From positions 41,478,001-41,542,000 of the forward strand of contig CM060731.1 in assembly GCA_030704615.1 (NCBI GenBank): a stretch of DNA of 64,000 bases, read 5' to 3'. The translations under genes and the position numbers were made by a program. This document shows, one piece after another, positions 24,714-38,038 of this stretch. Each line of letters starts with the position of its first letter. The stretch's first letter is position 1. This DNA comes from Takakia lepidozioides. Taxonomy: Eukaryota; Plantae; Bryophyta. The notes beneath the pieces were generated by a model. It did no database searches. It saw only the letters and a program-made list of their open reading frames with translations, and had not been told where the DNA came from.

Positions 24714-26635
24714 GATCTTTCAACTTGAAGGAGGGCGCCCAGAGGACTACAACACCATAACTGACCTGTTCCTTGAGGTGGGAATCAATGGATGACTGCG
24801 ATAAGTGTATTCAATTCACTAGTCTTCACCTGAACTTGAAGCTTAAAAAAGGAATCTATTAATTATGAGTTTGTGTTGTGCAGCGCAACATGTTCAAGGA
24901 GGCAATTGCTTTTCTTCTGGATGTTTTGAAGCCTAACCTTCCAGAGCATGCCATGCTTCAGACTAAGGTAGAGTCAGCTCTGACTCTTACAATGTGCAGT
25001 GCAGATGGACTTGCATGGTTTGTGCCCTCCTGTAACTTGTTTGTTTTCCGTTCTTTCCCCTTGCTATGCTGTGCATCTTGTTACTAGTCCCCTCCACTTT
25101 ACATAGCTACCTTGCAAGCACTTACCTGTAGATATGATCGACAAGGTCATGTCAATCCAGTGGATACTGTTTTTCCACTGGGTAATGCGGCTGCCAATGA
25201 ATGTTGGTTATGCAGGTCTTGAAGATCAGTTTGGTCGCATCCCCCAACATAGCTGATTCAATTTTGACAAATGGCATGTTCAGCCATTATGACCGTCCTC
25301 AAATTGCTGAGATCTGTCGGAAATTTGCACTCTTGCAGTTCTCTCTGCTCATTATACTTCAATCTGGTGATTTTGTTGATCTACGCTGGTGCGTCTTGAC
25401 TCAGGGCCGGAATATACCTTACCTTTAGGCCTGAGTGCACCTGCTCTTGGAGGAACAGGCAATATCCTAAATACACACTGACTGAAGGTTATCAGCAGTG
25501 AATATTTTTTCCTCCTCTTATTTTGTGTTCTTTTTAATCTAGTTGTCTCCACATTAATTTTTGCAGTGTGTCTGGATGTATACATCATCCTTGCCCTGGA
25601 GGTCAAACAGTCACTTTTATGTCCATGCAAAGAAAGTTTCTAATGATCTTCCTTGTGCAGGTGAACCCAGAAAATGCGCCTCTGGTGGTTGGGCAATTGC
25701 TGGATGATGGCCACCCCAAGGATTTCATCAAGGACCTTATCTTGTCTGTCTGCTCTTTACTGCCAGTGGAGGCACTGGTTGATGAGTGTGAGAAGAGGTA
25801 ATAAATTGTTCCAGGGTGGCTTTATGTCATTTTTAATCTGTTTGTTTGCTCCTAGCATGATGTCTATGTCACAGTCAACTCTCGGGTTATGCGCAAGATG
25901 AAAATGTATGGAAAGAGGGCACATTACTGACATATTAAATGCATGTGGAAGCTGTTTGTTGTCTCAGGATGAATCAAACTAACGGTTTGATGGGTCGGAC
26001 AGGAACCAGTGAGATTGCTGACACAGTTCCTAGAGCATCTTGTGAGTGAAGGGAGCGAAGATGTGCATGCACATAATGCATTGGGGAAGATCATCGTTGA
26101 TACAAACAAAGATCCAGAGCTCTTTCTGACCCGAAACCGCTACTATGACTCTAAGGTCATTGGTAAATATTGTGGGACAAAGGATTACACACTTGAAGTA
26201 ATTGCATATAGACGTGGTCAATGTGATGCTGAGCTTGTTGATGTCACAAACAAGCACAAGCTCTTCAAGGTTCAGGCCAGGTACATCCCATCCCAACTCT
26301 ATTTTCCGTCATTTGTGATTTTGTCTTGTGTTTTGCATGATGTCTTAGAAATGATAAAGAAATTACTTGACTACATCTTGTTGGCGCTTCTTAGGTATGT
26401 GGTGGAGCGCATGGATCCTGACCCGTGGAAAAAAGTTATGCACCCAGAGTATCCAGAATACAGGAAGCAGCTTACTCTTGAGGTGTTGTCTATTGTTCTA
26501 CCAGAGAGCAAGAACCGAGAGCAGGTGTTAGCCCTGTTAGCAACTTTAAAGGCACACCTGCCCCATGAGTTAGTTGAGCTTTTATAGTCAAGAATGTTTT
26601 TCAAAACTCTGCCTTGAGTGGGTAATCACCTCTAA
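24714..26635 (+). pseudogene. Clathrin heavy chain fragment, copy 2 (duplicate of about 18905-20890)
   Basis: Same exons and introns as copy 1; starts mid-exon; a deletion near 25323 removes the ALQ splice donor. Confidence 0.9.
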
Positions 26636-26659
26636 AATGATCTCTTTGCACTCTGGTGG

Positions 26660-27650
26660 CATTCAAGGACCATGGGGAGGGAGGCGGGGATCTCAAATGG
26701 AAACGGGGGCGAAGAGGGCCAGTGCTACCTTCCTACACTGTCCGTCCCTTCTGAAGTCAAAAGGACCATGCTTCGCAATGTCATAAGGCCGGCTTTGGAG
26801 TACGCATCTTCCATGTGAGTTGACAACTCCAACCATGCCAAGTCCCTTGAATGCATCCAGGCTGGGGTGCTCTAACAGTGTATGTTAGCGTGCTCCAGAA
26901 CAGCTATGTGGCTGTTCAGGTGCAGTTTTGCATACCTTCTTTGAGCTCTCCAGGGGGTGAGTTCAAGGTCAGATGGTGGGGTCAGTCAGATACCCTAAGA
27001 TAATCAACTTTATTCCTTGGATACAAGACTACTGTTAAACAATCCAAGTCCTGGTAGAGAAGAGATTTCTAAGGAACTGGATTATCAGCACTCTAGACTT
27101 CACTCTGCTAGATGACGGCGAGTTGGCACTGTTAGTATCCAAAGCCTTGTGGGTTTCCCACTGTCGGATGAAAAAGAAGTTAGGGATAAGACATCCCTGA
27201 ACTTGTTTCCAGTCTGTGACATGGGTAATGATGTCCTTAAGGATGACCTGAAGGGCCTTCCTACTCTTTTGCATTAGCCGGAATTCTAAATTAAGGACAG
27301 GGGGCCTACCTTTGAACAGCAAACAGATTCAGAGATGCAAGGGAAATTGTAAATGCCCAACGTGTGGGCAACCTGAAGACAATATCCACTTCCTCTTTCA
27401 TTGTCCACGGTACTCTAGCCAGAAAGGAACCCTCTTCAATTGCATCAAAAACATTGAACTGGTATTTCTGTTCAACCACTTACAAAATCCCGAGGCTGAG
27501 CCTAAAGCCTTGGCCCTGTTGGCTACCCACACAGACAACTAGATGATAATGTGTGAAGCCTGGACTAATTGTTTATACCAGCTAAAGTCACACTACCAGA
27601 GTGAGCCTTCACAAAGGTAGTTGCTGTTCCCTTTTGTTCCGCCAACCAGG
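26660..27650 (+). mobile_element. Degenerate LINE 3' fragment, same family as 12422-16636
   Basis: Nucleotide similarity to 15620-16575 (e.g. ttcaaggtcagatggtggggtcag, gaggctgagcc); CKCPTCGQPED.IHFLFHCP zinc finger. Confidence 0.85.
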
Positions 27651-30084
27651 GCTTTGGTAAATTTAACCTGATCCCAGATGTCTTCATTCTCGGAATAGAA
27701 GATACAAGTAATGTGGGAATCCTGGGTTCCAAGGGTGCCCTCGCAGTGGAGGCTAATGGGCTCTCAAGTCACCTTCATAGTCTTGCTGGCAGTAAAAATA
27801 ACTGGCCTTGCAGAGCACCTATGTACATGTGGTGTTGACTGTTGACACTATCCATTTCCTCGTGACTGTTCGGGAGATATGAAAGGATTGCATAGTGGGA
27901 GCCATTCATTGTACAGCTCATAAGGTCCATTATTTGAGGTACTAAAGCCAAAGATATTTGACCGGGGAATAGATTTATTCGACATGGCAGTGGCGGGCAG
28001 GGGTAATTGAAGCTGGTAATCTTACAAAACATTAGATTTGCATGGGGTGCAGTTGGTACAGTCGTGGGTTTCAGACCCCCTGCGTTTGCAAGGGTATAAC
28101 TTCACCCTTTCTGTTCCCATGCATATGTTCCCACGAACTGTGTTCCCAATAATGTGGTCCTGATTATGCGCTGGGTGTGTAGGTACTAGGAGGAGGGGAA
28201 CGTAGGGAGTTAAGAGTTTTCGGATGCAGCGCTGATCGGCCTCTGGTTATTGGTAAACTAGGCCCTCCCCACCAAACCATGATCTAAGCCTTCCCCTATC
28301 AAAAATAGTGCAGCTGAATATATTTACACATAGTCTCTTAAGACCAAGCTGACCCTTCCCAGTACCTTGTAATCACCACAAAATAGAAAAACTTATGATA
28401 CTGACAGGGAGGTCCACTTTTGCAGAACAGACAAACTTCTTCCAGCGCTGCTCCATGCTCCGAGTAGGTAGACCGTTGTGACTCTGACAGTATCAACATT
28501 CTGACCGGGTCCATTAGTGTAGTTTTTTCAACAACATTCCTGCAGATCACTGATGGAGGCCTCCATCATCAGAAGTTTGGATGTGTTCCTCCATTGGACT
28601 CTACACAACGAGGAACACCTCCAAACTTATACAGATGCTAAACAAGCTGTGCATGACAAGGCTGCCCTCTAATCCGGTCAGACAGTCATACTCTTCATCT
28701 GCAGACATTTAAAGGAGCTCCGCCTCTACAGCAGAATCAGAGCCCCTCTTTAATATATGTCCACCATCACCAGATTGTTCCGGATCTTGTGGCATTGTAC
28801 ATAATTAGTTTCTCTTTCACTTTCCATGTGTATTCAACCAACCGCCCATCAACAAGCCGTCTTGTGTAGGCTGTTTGTCTGTCTCCTGGACAGACAAACA
28901 GCTGTTAGTAGCTTTCTGTTTACAGAATTTTACACCAACTGCCTCAATTCTCCGCACACATTGTCTCAAAAGTGGTGAGTTTGAAACAGTAAGTCTTGCA
29001 GATCATCATCGAGTGAAGATGTACCAGAGCAGTTGAAGCAACTGACCTAATAAGTGCGGCACGGCAGCACATATAAGCGAGGGGGCTCATCAATGATCAT
29101 CTCCCACCGGGCCCGGCCTGCTCCTGTCTCTTGCCGTTCTGTCGCTCTCTCCTAATTACATTTTTCTTGTCCCGACGGGCCGCAACCCCTTTGTTGCTAA
29201 TTTAGCTAAGGGAGCGGCCTCCCCACTGCCCAATACGTAGCCTGTGGATCCCACGCAGCAGTCATGTCTGGAAGTATGTATCGGCCGCTCTGGTTGTGAG
29301 GGTGGGCCTCACCCGGTCTGCCGCGGCATGCAACGCTATCCTCGTGGGCCACATGCATTACTTTGCCGTTTATACAAGGCTCTTTCCCGAATCTTCTTTA
29401 CACATAAAAACCGGGACCGAGAGATTTGCGAGAGGACACTGCAATGGCAGTAACGAAGTGCCGGATGCTCCATGTGTTCTACGAATCGTCCATCGATTTA
29501 TTATCTAGTGCTGAGCGAGGAAGAATTAACCTTGCAAGCACCGTGAAGCTACTCACTGGAAATTGCGAAAGTGAGAACCACCCAACGAGCACCACCCAAC
29601 GAGCGTAGTAACTACATAATCTGCTCACACCCGAGTGATAGTAGCTACACTGCACTAGTTTTTGCGGCGTTATTTGCTTGGGAGGTTCCGTCCTCGGGCA
29701 TCGTCAACTCGAAGCAGTGTAGAACACAGCTTTTCCGCTGCATAAATTTTACTATATGAGATACATAAATTACCACACACCCAGTTCCAAGAAGAGCTAG
29801 ACCACTACAGCAGCCCTGGCCGGGTCACCTGCGGCGAACCCCACACCTCAGGCCCCATTCTCCAAGCGCTTGGCCTCCACTCCCACATTCATGGGCCCAC
29901 CGGCAATTCCGGTCTTACCAGTTGAAAGATTTCTTGGATGATCTGAAGAGCTCCCTGAGGCATTATCCAACCTACAATCACAATCCAGCCACATGGCATA
30001 AAAGTGAATTCCATGCGTCATAATATCAGCTCTACTCGCACACCTATCTCCATAGGTGCTAGAAGAATTGGAGAATAGAGTAAC

Positions 30085-30399
30085 TCACTGTTTAGAGGTC
30101 CTCCGAGGCACTTTCACTTTCGAGTACACATTGATGGTGATTTTTTCATAATCTGACATCTCATCACCAGTAACTTGTACGATAGGATCTGCATTCGAAT
30201 ATAAAAAATACTTCATGAAGGTGTCATGTTTGTTTCTGGTGATAGTATATTGCTCGCCAGAACCTACCGTTTTCTCTATCACGCCAGAGAGGCCTCGTTT
30301 CACAGTAAAGGGATGACCAGTCTTGTTGATAATGTCTGTTGACTCCACACTCGCGAATACTCGACCGAGGCTGTAACTGAAGCCCATCCATATAAACAT
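30085..30399 (-). CDS. Small DUF7748-like protein, duplicate of 3190-3504
   Basis: 2 amino-acid differences; ORF intact. Confidence 0.6.
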   Translation of the reverse strand: MFIWMGFSYSLGRVFASVESTDIINKTGHPFTVKRGLSGVIEKTVGSGEQYTITRNKHDTFMKYFLYSNADPIVQVTGDEMSDYEKITINVYSKVKVPRRTSKQ

Positions 30400-30512
30400 G
30401 TTAGCTCATAAAGAAAATCACTTAGATGTCTTCAAATATCGGCACAAGAACCAGTCAATCAGTGAAACAACCTCGAAGTGCGAGTGCCAGCAACAGTGGT
30501 GAATAGACCAGC

Positions 30513-30836
30513 TTACCGACTTCTGAGGGAAGGCCGCGGGTCATATGATTTTGAGTAACCTTTTATGGTGACACTTTCATTCCCGGCTATGTCATCACCA
30601 TCAACTTCAAGAACAAGATGTAAATTGTTGTATAGACCATACTTGTAGTCCTTGTTGTAGCAGATGTCATAGGTATCACCATCTTTCAGTGTGGTTATGC
30701 ATGAAGTTGCTGCCTCCCCTTTTGCCTTGTCTAAACCATCTGAGGATTCTTCCAAAACTGGAGGAAGTACGCCGTCAGAGGATTCCATCAACGCCATAGG
30801 ACGGCCAGTCTTGTTGATAATTTTGGTCCCTTCCAT
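30513..30836 (-). CDS. Small DUF7748-like protein, duplicate of 3618-3941
   Basis: 3 amino-acid differences; ORF intact. Confidence 0.65.
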   Translation of the reverse strand: MEGTKIINKTGRPMALMESSDGVLPPVLEESSDGLDKAKGEAATSCITTLKDGDTYDICYNKDYKYGLYNNLHLVLEVDGDDIAGNESVTIKGYSKSYDPRPSLRSR

Positions 30837-31500
30837 ACCTCAATATCCCCTCTTTCTTCTCTTCACCACAGGAAAGATACTCCGGAGGTCGTAAATAGGA
30901 ACTCGACACTCAGTATTCTGGACCAAACAAATGTAGTTATGGTGTGCATCTTGTGGAAATGTTATAGAAAAGCACCTTGGCAGACATTTTCTCAATATGT
31001 GAAGAGCAAGATTATCAATGTAATGAAGCGCGTGGAGAGATAAATACAGTAGTTGAATACTTGTGCTCTCTTCTGCATGAGTTGGGAAAAAATGTCCTTT
31101 CGCTCGCTTGGGTTTATCCTTGTTCGGCGAAATTCCGTCAACTCTTCAGCACCTCAATGCGTTTCTTCAACACCTGAAAGAGAGCCTACACACTTTTCTT
31201 CTCCCGTTACAAGCAATTCGGAAGTATAGTGGCCAGCACGATTAAGACCCACAAATAACAAATACTTTCAGATCAGAGATTTATATGAGAATCCAGTATC
31301 GTGTTTACCTTCCACAATTCACGACTAAGAATCTGAAAGTTAGTGAATGTACGTGCCAGGCACTTCTACTGGCAGACAGTGCAACGAATAGCAAAGCTCC
31401 AGGTCTTCTTGGTATCTCACTTCAAGTGCCCTGTGGACTGCGGGATCGGGCATATGCTCGACTCCACATCAAGGCCCCAGGTCTACATCTGCACAAATGC

Positions 31501-33131
31501 CTACCGAAGGGTACAAACAGACCAGGATTCCAGCATTCTTCGAAAATCCAAGAGCCAATCCGACCCCTTCAGAAGGAGCCCTTTGATGTATCTCAGCTCT
31601 CTGCAAATCTTTGAGAAATTAGGTCTCTGGAGAGGGTCACCACTCCAACACTTTCCAATCAAGAAAGCCAACCTGGCTGGACAACTAACCGGCAGCCATG
31701 GCCTCTCACCCCCCTTCACCCTCTCCCGAAGCCCGATTAAATCCTGCCCAAATGGCTCCTGTCTTGTCAGTATCTCAGTGCAGACAATCCCAAAACTGTA
31801 AACATCTGCTGTCCAAGGGTGAGACCTGCTAGGACGCTCTTCTTCATCCTCCAAACTGAAAACCTCCGGCGCCTTCCACAATCTGGAACCAATCTCAGGA
31901 GTCTGATTTGTGTACCTAGTACTGTTATTCTTGATCTTTGATGCGCCAAAATCACCCACCTTTGCATACACGCGTGCGTCTTCTCCTAGGGAAGGTGGAA
32001 GATCTGCGAATCTGACCAGAATGTTCAGAGACTTACGATCATGGTGAACTTTTTGTTGGGCATGCAAATATTTCATCCCCTCGGCGATTTGCAGCATGAG
32101 GTCAACGGCTCGAAGATTCGAAAATGGCGTGGGTCTGCCTCCCAAGAGGGCATAGAGGTCAGTGGTCATCAATTCCATCAGAAGGCTGTCCTCCTTGCTC
32201 TGAGAGCAGAAAACTAGCCGCATGATGTGGGGATGATTGAGTCCCGCTAGAGCAGCCACCTCTTCCTCGAAGAATGAGTTCCCCCTTGCCGAGGAGGATT
32301 TCTTCTTTGTGGACTTTCGTCCAAACCCCGCACCTCCAGAGGTCTTCGTTCCAAAGAATACCTTCCTTGCGTACTTTTCGCCTTGCCACGTGACTTCGTA
32401 GACCATCCCAAAGCTACCGTTCCCTAACATCCTTCCGTCAACAAGTTCTCCAGCATTCGCCCACAAAATAAGTGGCGATTTCCGGACGACATCTGGGGTG
32501 ACTGGCGAGGCCGAGGCCGGGGATTGCAATCTCCTCAACAGCTGCGCTGCAAGACATTGCTCAGTTTGATACCCTTGCTTGCAGCTCTCCACACAAACAT
32601 GATGGTCCGTGAGGACCTTCAAGGAAGTCTCGAGGCTGTCTAGGTCCTCCTTTGCCGCCGCCTCCAGAGCGTCGGAGTCTGTGATGCCAAGTTTACCGTC
32701 GCAAGCTTCTGCGTAAAGGTAGAGTGTCGCTTGACTGATCCCCAGGGAGAAAATGTCGCACAGAACCCAAGTGTGCCAGTCCACGTCGTAGAGGAATCCC
32801 GCAAAATCTTCCTTCTTATCGCCATGCCTGATCGCTGCAGTCAGCCACTGATCCTTGCAGCAACAGTCCTTGATCAGAACCTTGGCCTCATTCAGTACGC
32901 GACAAAGCTCCTCGATGGCCTGTTCCTATGATCTGCAGCATGAAAACGATTGGCACTTGCATCTTCAGATGAGATTTCTCGGATCTTGTCCAGTGTCACT
33001 TGGATTCCTGAGAGTTTCTTTGCCAGAAGCTTACACTGTTGCTTGTTGATCTGCAAATCTTGGCTGGTGGACGTGAGGCACTGGACCGAATCGATAGTCT
33101 CTTTGCATAAAGTCAGGGCATTTTCCGCCAT
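31501..33131 (-). pseudogene. Helical-bundle + TKL kinase, copy 2 (inverted duplicate of about 22279-24130)
   Basis: 427-codon ORF with kinase motifs, but the catalytic loop is HHDRK instead of HRDLK; frameshift and stop near 32927-32950. Confidence 0.9.
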
Positions 33132-33406
33132 GGCTTCTGCTCTCAAGTGAAGTGAGCTGGACCTTGAAGGCGAACGGGTCTTCTGTGGCATCCCATGATA
33201 TCGCTTTTCATTCGCACCAGGGGTAATATGGTTTACCGTTGTCACCTTTACCCCTCTCTCTAGCCCTGGGTCAAAAAATTACCCAACCCTCTAACTACTC
33301 AACCCAATACCCGTTCACACCAGGTGGTAAATGTACACGTTTAGGGAATTCCAAAAAGGCATGTGAAATGCATCGCAATTCACTTGATCACCCCCCTAAA
33401 AGTGCA

Positions 33407-34267
33407 CAATTCAATTCAACTGCTAAAACTAGCTTGGAAACAGCAATTCAATTGAATTGTGAATTTGCAAATCAATTGAATTGTAATCTATAATTTTTAA
33501 CTTATTTCTGTATATATTATATATATATGTACATATTTAAATTGTACATATATGCATACAAAAGTATAATAAAAATACATGGTGCCCGTCTATTCTTGCT
33601 GTCCGTCTGTCAATCCTGTCCCTGTGGAAAGGCTTGAGCCCGAGATAAGCCTAAGGGAGAGAGAGAGAGGAAGTTACGAAGCACTTGTAAAGAGGGATTG
33701 TCTCTCTTTGTGGATGTTGGTGCCAATATATGGCTATGTACATATACCAAACATGATACCAATGTAAGAGTATCAACGTGTGAGAGTTTGATATATTAAA
33801 CTTATATGGAACACACATCCCAACTTCAACATGATACCTTACATAAGGGTATCGAAACAATATTACTTTTGATAATTCTCAAGATGATGCAAGGGAAGCC
33901 TTTCATCAATTGTCAAGTTTGATTTTGTATGTTTCTTTCGGAGCCAGCCATGTTTTTTTTGCCAATGAATCACAGGAAGCTGCTGATCTCTCTCCGTCTC
34001 TGGCTCTCCCTTTCTCGCTGAGGCTGAGGTGGCTTCACAACTCCACAATTTCCTTGAGTGCACGAGAAAGAGGGCCAGCAAGAACAGATGGGCAACATGT
34101 ATTTTTAGCTTATACTCTTATATGTGTATAAGTATAATTTGAATATATATATACATATATATTATATATTATATACAGAAATAAGTTTTAAAAAATATAT
34201 TACAATTCAATTCAATTGCCAATTCACAATTGAATTGAATCGTGTGCCGACAATTCAATTCAATTGC
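33407..34267. mobile_element. Foldback/MITE-like element with about 160-200-bp AT-rich terminal inverted repeats
   Basis: 33441-33601 is the imperfect reverse complement of 34076-34240; CAATT/AATTG micro-repeats at both ends. Confidence 0.8.
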
Positions 34268-34537
34268 TCACCAGCATCCTCGCTCCAAACCATCGTTGGT
34301 TCATAGGGGGGGGCTGAGCCGAGGATCCCAGATCCCGAAAAGTTTTGTCTCCTTGGTTGAATCCAGTGCTCCCTTCTGTTGTCTCTTTCTCTGCGCCGGT
34401 TAGGCCGGTTGTCTCTATGATGCTGTCTTTCATTGTTCTTGTATGCTGGGGCAGCCGGAGCAGCAGACACAAAGGAGGCCATGATAGCGCATTAGATGGC
34501 TTGGGGATCCAGCAAGGAGGAACACGAGGAAGAGCGG

Positions 34538-34861
34538 GTCGTGGGAGAGAGAAATGCAAGTGCTACGATCACACCGCACGGAGAAGGTGGGGGCAAGGTT
34601 GCGCGGGAAGGGATCGACAGGATAATCAATGGAAGATTGCGCAAGGTGACATATCAAGGAGATGTTTGTCAGATCATGAAGTGTTGGGGCGGCTTGGTTA
34701 AACTCCACTCACATGGGCCAGCTGGTGTAGCAAAACCAAGGATGCGCCGAAAATACACACGGCACACAATGAGTGTAGCAGGTCGTGAGAGAGGGAAATG
34801 CAAGTGCTAAGATCACACCGCACCGAGAAGGTGGGGGCAAGGTTGCGCGGGAAGGGATCGA
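34538..34861. repeat. About 80-bp direct repeat pair, possibly in an LTR-retroelement remnant
   Basis: gtcgtg.gagag.gaaatgcaagtgcta.gatcacaccgcac.gagaaggtgggggcaaggttgcgcgggaagggatcga at 34538-34618 and 34782-34861. Confidence 0.75.
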
Positions 34862-37244
34862 TAGGAAATTAAGGTTTGTGCCCACTTTTTGGTTTGTTCT
34901 ATTAGCAGAGATTTAAGGCATTTGGTTCGCAGTGTGGTCTCAGTTCAAGTTCAGGTCGGACCTTGATATTCACATGTCTGACTCCTTCAATCCATTCGCA
35001 GAGGCGACTAACAACAGGTGTATTGCATGAGCCTACACCATTGCGTTGGTGAATTCGATATGGCTGGTGCATTTGATGGGCACCCGGGAACGGTGACTAT
35101 ACGTGGGGATAATCAATGAGTATACATGGGGATAGTCAGGGCACGCCTTTGACAAACATAAAAGCACTTTTAAGGGGTAAAATATTTTTTCTTTTTTATC
35201 TAATTTAAATTATTGAGAGCCTAGTTGGTCATATCTTTGTCATAATCTCCTCCAATAGATTAGAATTTCTTTCCCCTTAGACTGATCCGTCCTTTGGGAA
35301 ATCTCACGCACGGATATTTTACCACCAAACAGTGTCTCAACGCATTTGGGTGCTTTTTATGACGGCCGATCAGCCATTGGAGGGCTCATATCGTCACCGA
35401 GTCTTCAATATTTATTATATTATTATATTATTATATGCGAATTGAAAGCTCAAATCTAAACTCCTATAGTTGTAAGTCTTTCAACATCAATGTATGCCAG
35501 GTCTTTCAAATTTTTGAAACCGATTCCAAAATCAAATTGAAGTTCTTTCAATTGATACAAGTTTTTTTTTGGTATGGTTGTTCAACAATATTGCCAAACC
35601 ATCCTTTACGGCTTCATCATTGGTTCTTGGGCCTCATCAAGAAGAGAGACACAGCTCCGCGATACAGAATAGTAGACAGCTTTGGAGAGGCGGGGAACGT
35701 GTGCCAGTGGATTCAAATGGGATACGAATATGTAAAACATCCGCGGGCATGAGGAAGATCTCGAGACGAAAACCTTGTGCTTCTCTTGTGCACCCCACGC
35801 TCATTTGCATCATCAACAAGGCAACACCTTGCTTCACACACTTGGGATAATCCACAGCCCAACAACATCAATATCCAGGCAAGGATGACACTGCCCCTAA
35901 CCTTTTGTACACGAACATTTTTATTTGTTGCTCCTCAGCAAAGACTAATTCGCAAAATGGGTGGGGCATGGAGCATGGACGGAATGTTGTGTGCATGAAC
36001 TCTGTGTCTAGGTTTAGAAAATCTAGGGTGTCAATTATGGAAACCAATAGCAACCCCCTCTATCCTCCCTTGCCTTAGGTTTCTCTCTAATTTTTATTCG
36101 AACTTGGTTGGCAGAGTGAGATGAAAGTCAAATTCACATTTGCATTAGGGGAATTTTGAAAGAGTAGCCAGATGGATGATAATGCAAATCATTTGTAGTC
36201 GGGACGGCAAATTACATCTGTCCGTCATGCATTTTTGGGATGCTCCATTCTCAAGGGACGAGAGAGAAATGGTTTTTTTCCCTTCAAATAATCTTAATAA
36301 TCTCACCAGGGCCTCTGTCCCTGTTCGCCCAAAAAAAAAAAAAAAAAAAAAGGTCCCACTGTGAAGACGAAAGAGAAAGAGAAAGAGAGAGCGAGGTGAT
36401 GGCCACTCTTCTTGTTGGGACTGGGAAGCTACCAATGCTCCCTCCTGCTGCCTCGTACACTGTCACTGCACACCTTGCCTACACTCAAGTCTTTAGTTAG
36501 GCATGTCTTGGCCTCTGTTATCAGATGCCACACTTGTTGTGTTTCCATAAAGCAGTAAAAGCCATGGTACCCAGAATCAGTGTTTTTCTTTTTTCTTTAA
36601 TACAAAGTCTAAAAATAATATGTAATACAGTGGGGTCATCTTTTCTGCTACGTTATGAAGACAGTCACAGAATTGCAAAATATTTTTCACCAACTTTGAC
36701 AGATGATATTCCCCGCACAACAATACTATTTCAATCTACCGCAGACTAAAATTAAACACTGGCAACCTTATACGTTTGATGGTCAAAAGGTTGCAAAAAA
36801 GGGAACTCATTAACTGCCAGTATAATGGGACTGTCCATGCAAACAAGTGCCCAGATTAACATAAGGGAAGACTGTGAAGCCTGATTCCAGCACTATGGGT
36901 TTGTTCCCCTTCCTCTACCAAATTAATCCTATCTGGGGAATGTTGTCGATAGATGGGCTTGGTAGAGAAGACGGAATCTCACGAAGAGGACGCAACAGAG
37001 TCGGACTTCCAAAACGCATTCATCCACACACTCAAGCACACCGTTACACCAAGCATACACTTGTGTAAGACCCAAAAGCCACCACCCTCACTGCCACGGC
37101 AGTCGAGCTTAAATAGTATTAGGTCGTAATCTAATCTTAGTGTCGCGTGGCACTTCCAGCCAGATGCCCTTCCAGCATAGCCATAGAAAGAAGCCAGATC
37201 ACCCAGATCCATCCTAATCTAATCCTAAACTAGTTGTTAGAATA

Positions 37245-37312
37245 AGGGGATTGCTAAACCGTGAGCAGATTCCGTGAGCAGAATTTTGCTCACGGATCTG
37301 CATGTGCTCACC
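37245..37312. repeat. CCGTGAGCA direct/inverted motif cluster, candidate transposon end
   Basis: CCGTGAGCAGA twice, followed by inverted TGCTCACGG and TGCTCAC; the same motif clusters at 57329-57391. Confidence 0.5.
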
Positions 37313-38038
37313 TATAACCGCGGACACCTATTCGGCCTAGAGGACCTATTACTGCGGGTTGTGTCAAGTATATCATGCATACGTCATTCATCGTTATGGA
37401 TGAACGATGGATGAATGGGGGATGAAAGGATGTTCGACGAATGGTACATGGATGAATGTAGTTTGTAGATGAATGCAAAACTAAGATGCATTTTTGAGTA
37501 GTGGTTGCTAAATCCCCCTAGCTCTAGAGTGAACCTCTGCCCACTGGTGAGGGTTGTGATTGTCCTTTCATCAGCAATCAGAAGTCGACATAGTTGCTGA
37601 CACACAGTTGCAAAGAAGATGGAGAGGCCATTTGGTGCTTCAAAGTAAATTGTTTAATAAGTAAAGATTCATTCCGACGAAGAATATTCTGTGCTACTGG
37701 AGTCGGCGTCCAAAACGAAGGCAGAACTGTCTATGAAGACACTAGCCCTGCTTTGCACAAAACCCTCTCTGTTTAAAAGCAAACCAGGGGGAGAAGAGAG
37801 GAGACTAAATTCCGAAGCTGCAGCCTCCGCATAACATGGCAATTTAAAATCTGTTTTCGGACTTGGGAAAAATTGCGGGTTTGCAAAGAAAGGGAGGAAC
37901 CGTGGCGACCTTGGGCTCCTGTACACACAAACAAACAATGTAAGTCCATATATATTCAGCTGGCCCAACTTGTGCAGGAAAGATGGAAATGGAAGGATGC
38001 GCCGTCATGTCAGTGAATTGCCACAACTGAACTAGCAC

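Larger units (their letters stand above)
27291..31401 (+). repeat. Segmental duplication, copy B (partner 1010-4506)
   Basis: Near-identical to copy A; ends where the inverted kinase duplicate begins. Confidence 0.95.

Noticed and set aside
18883-26635. Functional full-length clathrin heavy chain gene
   Set aside because: Only a central fragment is present, twice, with an internal segment missing; no terminal or trimerisation domain.
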